Assembly (NCBI RefSeq): GCF_902652985.1
Contig: NC_047015.1
Coordinates: 20,522,001-20,586,000 of the forward strand
Direction of reading: 5' to 3'
DNA length: 64,000 bases
DNA from: Pecten maximus
Taxonomy: Eukaryota
Position 1 is the first letter of the stretch, and the number at the start of each line of letters is the position of its first letter. The position numbers and the translations under genes were made by a program. The notes below the pieces were generated by a model, which made no database searches, was not told where the DNA came from, and saw only the letters and a list, made by a program, of their open reading frames with translations. Positions 12,001 to 24,300 of the stretch are shown piece after piece.

Positions 12001-15000
12001 CATACTGATTATAAATACTGTCACTTACATTAAAGTGGAGTGTACACTAGGATTGTGTAGGAGGAAGGGAAGTTATTTAAGTCGGTCAGACTCTGAAATA
12101 GTCATACTGATTATAAATACCGTCACTTACATTAAAGTGGAGTGTACACTAGGATTGTGTAGGAGGAAGGGAAGTTATTTAAGTCGGTCAGACTCTGAAA
12201 TAGTCATACTGATTATAAATACTGTCACTTACATTAAAGTGGAGTGTACAATAAAATAGTAGTAGGAGGAAGGGAAGCTCTTTATGTCGGTCAGACTCTG
12301 AAATAGTCATACTGATTATAAATACTGTCACTTACATTAAAGTGGAGTGTACAATAAAATAGTAGTAGGAGGAAGGGAAGCTCTTTATGTCGGTCAGACT
12401 CTGAAATAGTCATACTGATTATAAATACTGTCACTTACATTAAAGTGGAGTGTACAATAAAATAGTAGTAGGAGGAAGGGAAGCTCTTTATGTCGGTCAG
12501 ACTCTGAAATAGCCATACTGATTATAATTACTGTCACTCACACTAAACTGGAGTGTACACTAGGATTGTGTGAATAAGTCATAGATTGAAACGTTGACAA
12601 TCTCACTGTGTGTACTGCTGATAAAATCCCCATAATGATTCTACTCTAGAAGTATTGGATATAATTCACGTTTGACGATTAACTTTTAACTTTTTTGGTA
12701 TTGGATTTGTACAAAATACACACTTTATGTATCATTTATGCAAACAATATAAGTGATACCAACTATTGGTTTTGATTCCATTTGTTTGCGCGCCTCTTCG
12801 TCTAGTTGTTTGGTTCCGATCGAGTCGAGGATGGCTAGACAAATACCAGCTACTAAACCGGTACAGCAAACGAGCGCCCCTGTATTGTCAATGTAACAGT
12901 GTGGCGTTGTCTCAAGTATACATAGATAATTATATCAAAAATGATACAAGTTGTGACTCGAATAAAAAAGATATTCTTACTAAAAGACCGAATTATTTAG
13001 ATACAGTATAGATTATTTGACAGAGCTTAAATCCTAATGACGATATCATTTAGATTGTACTTACCTATCCAGAGACTCCAGGGCAGACCATACCATTGAG
13101 CCAGGTTAGCGGTGAGGAAGAAGTTGAGGACATTGCCCTGACCTAATAGTGAAGATAAGGAAGCTGACCGGCAGAACGCTGTTGTCTCTAAACCAGAAGG
13201 ACACCACTCGATTCTGTAAAACTTAGATAAAGCGAACGTCACATACATGTTCCGCATTTTATCTAGACGGTATTGTTGTTGCCTAAAGAAAGAGCTCTTC
13301 GATTATTATGTTCGGAATACAGAGTCGGGCACATTATCATTTCTAATAGAAATATGGGGTTTTGTCTTCCAGATTTACTTCCTTCTCGACCGATCCTTTA
13401 GAAATAACTGGCAATTTAAAACAGCTTTTTTATAATTTCCCTCGAAATTCACATTCAATATGAATTCGCCATAAGTAATCACACACTTTGAAAACACAGA
13501 AGAAAAACATTTTTCATCTTAAGATACAAACTGGGGAAATGGTGTCGTGCTTTCCTGTAACAACTTGCTAATAAAAAAGATATATAAAATACAATAGTAC
13601 AAGTTACCATCAAAACATTAAAACAGAACGTTATCTAAACTATATCTCTTCCTTAACTTGTATATATACCTCTTCCTGGTCCCGTGCCGAAGCCGAGAGT
13701 CATCCTGCCGATTAGCATAAGGGGAAACATATAGGGCGTTCCCCGAACAGCCGGGGACCCCGCCAGGGCAAACAGCACCATACCCATAGTGAATATCGAT
13801 GGGATCAACACGGCGGAGGCTGTGGAAAAAAGTGAATCTAAGATTCATCTCTACAACGTCAGGAACGGTCGGGATACAGGTAATTATATACGTTATCTTT
13901 GTTATATATAACCGTTTGTTCTCTGCACGTGAATCCAACCGTATTTTTAGGACTGGTCTCTTACCTTTGTTTCCTATCTTGTCTATGAAATACCCTCCGG
14001 GTATTGAAACGGCCGCCGACCTGAAAATGGCAAATGTTTTATCAATTACCGAGTAAATTACATATTCACATCTCATTGGCCCTCCCAAAATACATTCTCA
14101 AACTTCATTGGGCCTCATAAATAACATGCTGACAACACATTGGTCCATACAAATTACATGCATGTACTCACAACTCACGTTGTCGACCAATCAGATTGCC
14201 CCCCTGCATACCACTCTAAAATAGACTACTTTTGTTCCACAGTCGATACATCGTCGGCTATCAGGATAGCTTTTGATCCATCTTCTCACCTTTAAATCAT
14301 TGCCATGCGACTAAAGTATAGCATGCATTAATATTCAAGAAGTTTACGTGCATTTGATATTTTGATCGGATTGAACTTAAATTCAAAGTGAATCGAAGCT
14401 CACCCCCACTTCCGGTTTTCAGAGTGTTACACCTTGTTGATTTGCTATGACTGGGTCTAATATTTTTTTCTACTAATACTAACCAGAAGCAGACGCGCGT
14501 GGTAAGGGAAAGATTACATTTTTAACACTTTCTGAGTACAAATATACCTCGCAATGTCTCTACCATCAGGCGAGACTTATTAGACACTTTTACACAGGAG
14601 AAAGTGAGAAAGGAACAACTAATGCCTTACACAAGTAATACACAGATGCTGATATGTTTGTGTTAGAACCGTTGCAGCGTTAGATATCGGTACTTACGTC
14701 CATGACAGTACAGAGAACAAGAGGTTGTACTTCTGAGGTCCAAGGCCGAGACATTCATCACAACATGTCGTGTTAGCTGACACAGAAGAGTTGTCACGTG
14801 TACAGTTAGAAACCTTCAGGTGACATCAACAAAGTTAAAATGAGTTAAAAAATAGTCATATACCTCTTAGTGACTGACACATCTGTTATAATTCAACATC
14901 GCCTCACTTTTTCATCATATCAAAACAATGTTAACATTTCCATAGGACGTATTTCAGAAAAATGTCTCTACCAAAGATCGTAATTAAAACGCTAATACTA

Positions 15001-15218
15001 AGCGGAAAGTATTTATTTAGCATTGTTAAAACAACAATTTGATTAATTAGAATGATTGGAAGATGATGTTTATATAGAAAATACTTGTTCTCATTACTGG
15101 TGTTGCCTTACCCCCGAGCCCTGGATATCGGCCTGTACAGCGCTCGGTACCCCTAGGTTGTAGTAACATCCAAGGGCGAGTAGACAGTCACATATCAGTA
15201 TAAGGTAGCGCCACCTCC
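30..15218 (-). CDS. MFSD1-like: MFSD1-like major facilitator superfamily transporter (multi-exon; 3' end continues beyond window start; start-codon exon unresolved; one +1 frameshift at ~13137)
   Basis: Manually spliced GT-AG exons with compatible phases: 15112-15218 (RWRYLILICDCLLALGCYYNLGVPSAVQADIQG), 14698-14813 (CLGLGPQKYNLLFSVLSWT), 13965-14020 (GGYFIDKIGNK, MFS motif A), 13670-13819 (MLIGRMTLGFG), 13065-13221 (LQNRVVSFWFRD...GNVLNFFLT), 12764-12879, 11787-11887 (RLTDIKSFPSTYWYL), 11533-11638 (KFFQDRYGFS..YDVSLLAPILG), 10600-10740, 599-738 (IILWQVMMSMVPPTSYGTAAGL), 30-144. Motif order follows MFSD1-family proteins as I recall them. Confidence 0.85.
774..2068. mobile_element. Non-autonomous insertion with a 159-nt terminal hairpin (family uncertain)
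   Basis: Present in duplication copy 1, absent at the homologous site of copy 2 (ctttatgaagaaatg). 776-934 is a near-perfect palindrome. cttatattta (931) and taaatataaag (2061) form a short inverted pair. Confidence 0.7.
2657..2796 (-). other. Second copy of the MFS TM11 exon (duplicate of 599-738) with a weaker donor
   Basis: 140-nt exon sequence matches 599-738; same TTTGTAG acceptor; donor GTTAGT instead of GTAAGT. Confidence 0.9.
2960..6270. repeat. ~36-bp satellite (aaacttaaacgtcaaggtctcggactatctataaaa), about 90 copies, in an MFS intron
   Basis: Visible tandem array with variable poly-A tract. Confidence 0.95.
6791..7552. repeat. 37-bp minisatellite (ctttacacgttatgatattaaggtgtgtcccggtata)
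   Basis: About 20 tandem copies. Confidence 0.95.
8450..9690. repeat. 38/39-bp minisatellite (tgt(a)atcaagtcctgttctgtgtcactgtctatgtcaac)
   Basis: Tandem array; explains ORFs 8447-9753. Confidence 0.95.
11860..12570. repeat. 102/103-bp tandem array spanning the acceptor and 5' part of MFS exon 11787-11887
   Basis: About 7 copies of ...ttatgtcggtcagactctgaaatagtcat...; the leftmost copy overlaps the real exon. Confidence 0.92.
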
Positions 15219-18149
15219 CTAAACATGATCAAATCACATTATATCTTTCTGGAAGTGAAGTAAGATAGGGATAATGTTAACAAAGAAATAACCATTATGG
15301 AGTTGGCAAACAGCGTCGACATAATGATTGCTTGGAACTATATTTTATTGTGTCATGTAATGTTGCAATATTTCCATGCTGTTGATATTCCTGATGGTAC
15401 CGTTGTCACAATAATGGTTCTCCTTTTCAGGAGGACATAACATACCCTGATTTTTATCTGGATTGAAATGACAAGTATGATCGATAAAGCTGAAGACGCT
15501 TTCACTTCCGGAACATACACTAATATTTTACACAAATGTTTCCCTCGTTTCATCGCTTTTGAGTTATAATTCTAACTTCATTTGTCAGGATTATAACTCC
15601 TATTTGACATAGACTTGTGTTGCGGGTATTGTCGAATTTCCCTTGATTTGTGTGACAGGTGTTGTCGAATTACCTTTACTGTTAATATGGTACCTTTTTC
15701 AGGGTATCCGAGGAAATATACATATTTGCTAATACATTGTATGTTGTCCTCGTTTATCGATATCGGTTAGAATTACGTTTTCGTTATAATGTCGGTAGAG
15801 TTATATCAAGTTGTTTCGCAATAGTAAGACGAAAATACCAAGGATCGTTATAAGTAAATAACAATATCTTGGGCATTTTCAGATGTATATTGGATCTGTA
15901 CCATTTCTAATGTTTTTTTTAACAAACAGTAGGACAGATTAAGAAAACATATGTTCAATTTATGTTAAGGTACAATTAAAATGTATCTGATATTCCAAGT
16001 TATCAAATTGTTTATGTATTGAGTTAACGCAACTGCATTACGTATTTACATACATATCTACTGTATACTTACATTCATGTATTTTCATATCACTGTATTG
16101 ACGTCTTGTGTCATAGAATATATTTGATCGTACTGAAATGAAATAGTTATTGACATGAAGAACATATTTCGCCAATGTCATTGTCATTTAAGTTTCATAA
16201 ACCTTGGGGTACCTCAATTTGCAAAGCCCAGGTGGAGAAATAATGGCCATGAAAACTTTACAAATAATATGAGGGCCTTAAGTTTAACCTATTAGTAAGA
16301 GACCAATTCCACCAATCAGAAAGCTACTAATGCGTTTGATTGTCCTTAACTATACGGATATGCTTTATTTTTAACTATTGTACGGCTAAAATGTATATTG
16401 CACGATCACGTGCGAACTATTGAACACCGTGTGACGTTTGGGATTTAGTCCTACCCGTTCACGCGTCTAAGTCACTCGGATGTCAACACTGCCAGACGAC
16501 AGTCATGGCAACTTCTAGACCTACAGGAAAGTCTAGATTTCAGTGATTCTGTGTGTGTTTTAGTGACTATGTACTAAAACAAGTATATCATAGGTGTCTG
16601 TGCAATAGTCTAAACTATTTGAGACGAGTTACTGGTAATCGACCGATTTTCTATTGCTCTCGGCCGATATATCTGTATGATATATACACTGTGAAAGGGT
16701 AACCAATCCCATCAATCTCGGTATGAGTGTTATGATATATAGCAGCTGTTTTATGTCAAAATATATTGTGATCGAAACGAAGCATCCCCAACATCCAATA
16801 ACATACCTGTATTATCCGATTGTTATACCTTCTGTCAATAAGTGCCTATATCCATATCATTCTGGTGTGTTTTAAAATCACTGTTCTGAGTTTGTCATCT
16901 CAATCGTCCGATAATAGCCGTACAACCCACCATGTTAGTTTACAGACACACTCATCACACCCGAGGTTTTAATCAGCCACTTTATCTGACCATCAACATT
17001 ACATTTAAACTCTTTGTTATCAATCCTATAACGTTATCTACAACACTTCGGCCCCCGTACACGGTATCGTGTAATTGTGGGATACGGTAGGAGTTATATA
17101 CTTCTAGCTCGCAATTTGTACTTTGCCCTTCTTGTTGACGCTGTAGTAATGAAACTTCATTCATCTTTTGAATACATATATATTTTTAGAAAAGATCTAC
17201 GAAGTTTAAAGATACTTCACCCTCAACATCGCATACAGTGTTTACACGGTGAAGAAAAACACCAACAAATGAAAAAATCTCGCTGATATCAACGAAAGTT
17301 ACGTACCAAATATAAAGGTGGACCAAGATGGATTTTCTTCGGGATGAATTGAATTTATTGATTCTTTAAAAGGGCACAAATTTTTTGAAGGCTGGTAGTA
17401 GCATAAACTCTGTAGCGTTTGGTATTGTATATAAAACAGCCTATTGTTGTGTTCGATTGGTTGTTATTACGTTTTGTCGGAGAAGTTATACATATACTCC
17501 TGTGTAATAATATATGTTTTATGTTCCTCTGGTTAAAATGGTCTAATGTATTTCGTCTCTGTTGAAGCCTCATGCTCTTAACTAACTCGACGTGAAAAAC
17601 TTCCTCGGTGAAAGTTTGGTGAAATGAGTATTGCACACATCTTAAGAATACACCGTTACGAGTTTGTTTACGAGAATACAAGAAAAAATAACAAGTAAAC
17701 GTTCAGGCATTTCATTTTTATTTCATTCCAAAACACTAAAGCTGCAAATATTTATTAGTTCCGCACATTACCTTAAATACATCAACAGTGTCATTTTGGG
17801 AAGAATGAGATTCAGTTTGGTATCAATATTATACGGAAAATGAATAATAAAGGGTTGTCAAGGAACCGCCTTTTGCATTCGTTGCTTTATTAAGAGATCA
17901 CACGCTTTCGAAAGCTCTCAAACACAATTCCCTATAGTTGTTTGTGTTTAACATTAACAATCCAAAGTTTAGGCAAAACTATTGATTAACAATAATTGTA
18001 TTAATTTACAGATATACCTTTATATTTCAAACTATACCAGCCCATCAATGATACACTGTAACGAGAACTTCACACTTCACAGGGCTTGTAACAAAGTAAG
18101 TAAATGAGATTCATATGGAAAGGTGGTAGTCTTATATTGCATTATAATG

Positions 18150-18290
18150 TATACTGGAGAAAAAATATGGTAGTCCGATATAGTATTATAATGTAGACTG
18201 TAGAGAAAATGTGGTAGTTCGATATAGTATTATAATGTCTACTGGAGAGAAAATGTGGTAATCCGTTATTGTATTATAATGTCTACCGTA
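18150..18290. repeat. Short ~44-bp tandem repeat just beyond the protease stop codon
   Basis: 3-4 degenerate copies of tattataatgt..actggagagaaaatgtggtagt. Confidence 0.7.
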
Positions 18291-18301
18291 CAGAAGTGGC
18301 A

Positions 18302-21300
18302 CTATCTCCTGTAAGTACGTGCTGTACGGCCACCGAACACGAACTCTCTAATCCAATTCACGTATTTCTTTGTGCGAGCGTATACTCCGGGATGTCCTGC
18401 CCGCGCACAACCTTCACCCCATGACGTCACACCGACCAGCGTCCACTCATGGTGACCGGCAGCTTTACAGACAAGAGGACCACCGGAATCCCCCTGGAAA
18501 CAGAGCGTTTGAAAACATTAACGTTAAAACATTAAACATCCTTATTATCGTTCAACTTATTCAATGATATCATCACAAAAACTATATAGGTAGAAATATT
18601 GTATTCAAGTTCAATCAATATAATTCTTTTTCCTTAGTTTTAATGATACCTACTAATTAACGTCAGATTAGATACTTACCAACAACTATGCCAGTACACA
18701 TACTTACCTTACAACTGTCCTTGCCGCCGAAGTCGTACCCAGTACACAGACTTACCCTACAACTGTCCTTGCCGCCGAAGTCGTACCCAGTACACATACT
18801 TACCCTACAACTGTCCTTGTCGCCGAAGTCTTACCCAGTACACATACTTACCCTACAACTGTCCTTGTCGCCGAAGTCATACCAAGTACACAGACTTACC
18901 CTACAACTATCCTTGTCGCCGAAGTCGTACCCAGTACACATACTTACCCTACAACTGTCCTTGCCGCCGAAGTCTTACCTAGTACACAGACTTACCCTAC
19001 AACTATCCTTGCCGCCGAAGTCTTACCTAGCACACAGACTTACCCTACAACTGTCCTTGTCGCCGAAGTCTTACCTAGTACACAGACTTACCCTACAACT
19101 GTCCTTGTCGCCGAAGTCTTACCAAGTACACATACTTACCCTACAACTATCCTTGCCGCCGAAGTCGTACCCAGCACACAGCATGCTATCCGTTATGTTT
19201 GTGCCGTAGAACTGGCGACAAGCAGAGTTACGGTATATTGGCAGTCGAACCTGTCTTAGAACGTCCCGGTCACCTGTCCCTATAACACACAAAGACAAAA
19301 GGTTATCCAAGTATGTACAGAAACTTTTCTTCAAAACAAGAAGTTAAAGCTTTCCCCCAAACTCATATTCATCATTCGGTATAAATAAATGAAAGAGTCT
19401 GACATTGATTGTTCAATGGCCAAAATCAACATCACGATGGCTCATCTATTAATATAGAGATCAGTCTTAATGCTACCAACCTAATATGGTAAACATTAGC
19501 CCTATAGTCATCCACCTCATGTGATAAATATTAGCCTTATAGTCATCCACCTCATGTGATAAATATTAGCTAATAGCTGCCCACCTCATGTGATGAACAT
19601 TAGCCTTATAGTCATCCACCTCATGTGATAAATATTAGCCTTATAGTCATCCGCCTCATGTGGTAAACATTAGCCTTATAGCTGCCCACCTCACCTCAGT
19701 GGTACATAGAAATAGTAGCCTTATATGGTAAACATTGGCCTTACAGCTTCCAACATATGTGGTCAATATTGGCCTTATAACCACACACCTTCTTTATCGC
19801 CCCACCCTGTATGATATACATTGGCTATGTAGCAACCCACTTTCTGTATCGCCCCGCCCTGTGTGATAAACATTGGCTATATAGCCACCAACCCTCTGTA
19901 TCGCCCCACCCTTTATGATAAACATTGATTGTGTAGCCACCCACCTTCTGTATCGCCCCGCCCTTTATGATAAACATTGATTGTGTAGCCACCCACCTTC
20001 TGTATCGCCCCACCCTTTATGATAAACATTGATTGTGTAGCCACCCACCTTCTGTATCGCCCCGCCCTTTATGATAAACATTGATTGCGTAGCCACCAAT
20101 ATTCTATATCGCCCCACCCTTTATGATAAACATTGATTGTGTAGCCACCCTCCTTCTGTATCGCCCCACCCTTTATGATAAACATTGATTGTGTAGCCAC
20201 CCACATTCTGTATCGCCCCACCCTTTATGATAAACATTGGCTGTGTAGCCATCCACCTTCTGTATCGCCCCGCCCTTTATGATAAACTTTGATTGTGTAG
20301 CCACTCACCTTCTGTATCGCCCCACCCTGTGGCGTAACATTTGTATCCAGTTGCTAAATGTGTAGTAGATTTTCTTGGCAGACACACCGTGTTGACATGG
20401 GTGCTGCTGAGGTTGGCCGCCCCCACCAGCTTAACGATTGCTATATCGTGTTCGTGTTGACCTGGATGGTAGTCATCGTGAACTGTCACACTCCGAATCT
20501 GAAAAGTCTGTTCATGTTTTTCGGTAACAGACAAACGATGATCTCCGAGGACAACACGGAAATCATCCAAATCATGGAGCCTGCAATAACAATGTAATGA
20601 CATGTTTTCAAGGGCCTAACAGTGAACATAAAATTACAAATCTTTATAAAGTATCGTATGGTGATATTTGAGATATCGATTGTGGTCTGTGATCAATCTT
20701 CATATTCGAGGCATACAGCATGTACGCCTTCTGGGTGGTGTCAATCTACATAGTATTTTCTTAAAACTGTAAGAATCACTGTTGAAAATATTGTCCGGCG
20801 TAATATTTCTAAAAAATAAATAAAAGACTAAGTTATTTCCAAAATTGAATATGTCCACAATCGTGTTATATAAATACCTAAATCAGTGCAAAGCAGTTAC
20901 ATTACAATTCGGTAAGTCTTATAAGAATGCCCGTAAGCAGAACGCTGTGTGAACTCGTCACTCGCACCCACGTGACTCCATTCGGCTTTCTCCGTGTACA
21001 ATCCGTAACATATATTCATAGAGCATTTCAAGGTACATACACTAGTATACATGTGTATTAAACCTATTTCAATATTCTTGAGAGATTGTATGAAATCTAG
21101 ATATAATCGCTATAACTCGGGGAGAAAAACGCCTGTTGGGATGCTTTAAGTTAACCTGATCATTCCAGGATATATTACCAACATATCTAGGACCCCGTAT
21201 ACCATCAAAAGGTATATAGGATATATAAAACAGGTACGCTATTTACATGGTATGCAAAAAAAAAAATCAAAGTATTTCAAAATCAATTATAAGGTGGAAT

Positions 21301-24300
21301 TAATGAATATTTCGGTTCCAGTCAACAACAAAATTGAATAAAATATTGTACAAACGTTTGTTTTAGATCTATTCCGTTCGATATTTGACACAGTTCGCTG
21401 CCTTACAATTCGAGAAAGTGAATACAAGAATACGATTACATTTATATTTATCATTTTATGTCAGGACTTTATGATATAAACTGATGAATGCAGCATACAT
21501 TAGATTGTACCCGATATGTATTTACCTGTCGAAGCAGTGTGCCGCTGTGAGGACCCATTCCTCGTGTATAAGGGTTGCTCCACAGTAATGGTCGTATCGT
21601 CCGCTGGGAAGGACAACCCGTATTGACGCTTGCCATGGCCAACTCCCTAGATTTGCTCTCTGGCCACCAACAATCTTCATTGATACTTCAGGGACGGTCT
21701 GTATACCACACTCTGACAACAGGAATGTTCTGTATACCACACTTTGACAACAGGGATGTATACCACACTCTGACAACAGGGATGTTCTGTATACTACACT
21801 CTGACAACAGGGATGCTCTCTTTACTACACTTTGACAACAGGGATGTTCTGTATACCACACTTTGACAACAGGAATGTTCTGTATACCACACTCTGACAA
21901 CAGGGATGTATACCACACTCTGACAACAGGGATGTTCTGTACACTACACTCTGACAACAGGGATGTTCTGTATACAACACTCTGACAACAGGGATGTTCT
22001 GTATTCCATACTCTGACAACAGGGATGTTCTGTATACAACACTCTGACAACAGGGATGTTCTGTATACCACACTCTGACAACAGGGATGTTCTGTATACA
22101 ACACTCTGACAACAGGGATGTTCTGTATACAACACTCTGACAACAGGGATGTTCTGTATACCACACTCTGACAACAGGAATGTTCTGTATATTACACTCT
22201 GACAACAGGGATGTTCTGTATACCACACTCTGACAACAGGGATGTTCTGTATACCAAACTCTGACAACAGGGTTGTTCTGTATACAACACTCTGACAACA
22301 GGGTTGTTCTGTATACCACACTCTGACAACAGGGATGTTCTGTATACCACACTCTGACAACAGGGATGTTCTGTATACCAAACTCTGACAACAGGGATGT
22401 TCTGTATACAACACTTTGACAACAGGGATGTTCTGTATACCACACTCTGACAACAGGGATGTTCTGTATACAACACTCTGATAACAGGCATGTTCTGTAT
22501 ACAACACTCTGACAACAGGGATGTTCTGTATACCACACTCTGACAACAGGGATGTTCTGTATACCACACTCTGACAACAGGGATGTTCTGTATTCCATAC
22601 TCTGACAACAGGGATGTTCTGTATACTACACTCTGACAACAGGGATGTTCTGTATACAACACTCTGACAACAGGGATGTTCTGTATACCACACTCTGACA
22701 ACAGGGATGTTCTGTATACAACACTCTGACAACAGGAATGTTCTGTATACCACACTCTGACAACAGGGATGTTCTGTATACTACACTCTGACAACAGGGA
22801 TGTTCTGTATACCACACTCTGACAACAGGGATGTTCTGTATACAACACTCTGACAACAGGGATGTTCTGTATACTACACCCTGACAACAGGGATGTTCTG
22901 TATACCACACCCTGACAACAGGGATGTTCTGTATACCAAACTCTGACAACAGGGTTGTTCTGTATACAACACTCTGACAACAGGGTTGTTCTGTATACCA
23001 AACTCTGACAACAGGGATGTTCTGTATACAACACTTTGACAACAGGGATGTTCTGTATACCACACTCTGACAACAGGGATGTTCTGTATACAACACTCTG
23101 ATAACAGGCATGTTCTGTATACAACACTCTGACAACAGGGATGTTCTGTATACCACACTCTGACAACAGGGATGTTCTGTATACCACACTCTGACAACAG
23201 GGATGTTCTGTATACCACACTCTGACAACAGGGATGTTCTGTATACTACACTCTGACAACAGGGATGTTCTGTATACCACACTCTGACAACAGGGATGTT
23301 CTGTATACCACACTCTGACAACAGGGATGTTCTGTATACCACACTCTGACAACAGGGATGTTCTGTATACCACACTCTGACAACAGGGATGTTCTGTATA
23401 CACACTCTGACAACAGGGATGTTCTGTATACCACACTCTGACAACAGGGATGTTCTGTATACCACACTCTGACAACAGGGATGTTCTGTATACCACACTC
23501 TGACAACAGGGATGTTCTGTATACTACACTCTGACAACAGGGATGTTCTGTATACCACACTCTGACAACAGGGATGTTCTGTATACCACACTCTGACAAC
23601 AGGGATGTTCTGTATACAACACTCTGACAACAGGGATGTTCTGTATACCACACTCTGACAACAGGGATGTTCTGTATACCACACTCTGACAACAGGGATG
23701 TTCTGTATACCACACTCTGACAACAGGGATGTTCTGTATACGACACTCTGACAACAGGGATGTTCTGTATACCACACTTTGACAACAGGGATGTTCTGCC
23801 TTACAGATTAACACTCTGACAACAGGGATGTTCTGTATACCACACTCTGACAACAGGGATGTATACCACACTCTGACAACAGGGATGTTCTGTATACCAC
23901 ACTCTGACAAACAGGGATGTTCTGTATACTACACTCTGACAACAGGGATGTTCTGTATACAACACTCTGACAACAGGGATGTTCTGTATACCACACTTTG
24001 ACAACAGGGATGTTCTGTATACCACACTCTGACAACAGGATGTTCTGTATACCACACTCTGACAACAGGGATGTTCTGTATACCAAACTCTGACAAACAG
24101 GGATGTTCTGTATACCACACTCTGACAACAGGGATGTTCTGTATACCACACTCTGACAACAGGGATGTTCTGTATACTACACTCTGACAACAGGGATGTT
24201 CTGTATACAACACTCTGACAACAGGGATGTTCTGTATACCACACTTTGACAACAGGGATGTTCTGTATACAACACTCTGACAACAGGGATGTTCTGTATA

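Noticed and set aside
13618-14088. 156-aa ORF as a single-exon gene
   Set aside because: Runs across two MFS exons and introns, partly in the wrong frame.
15293-15553. Start-codon exon of the MFS gene
   Set aside because: Candidates exist (e.g. a phase-1 donor near 15292) but none is unambiguous.
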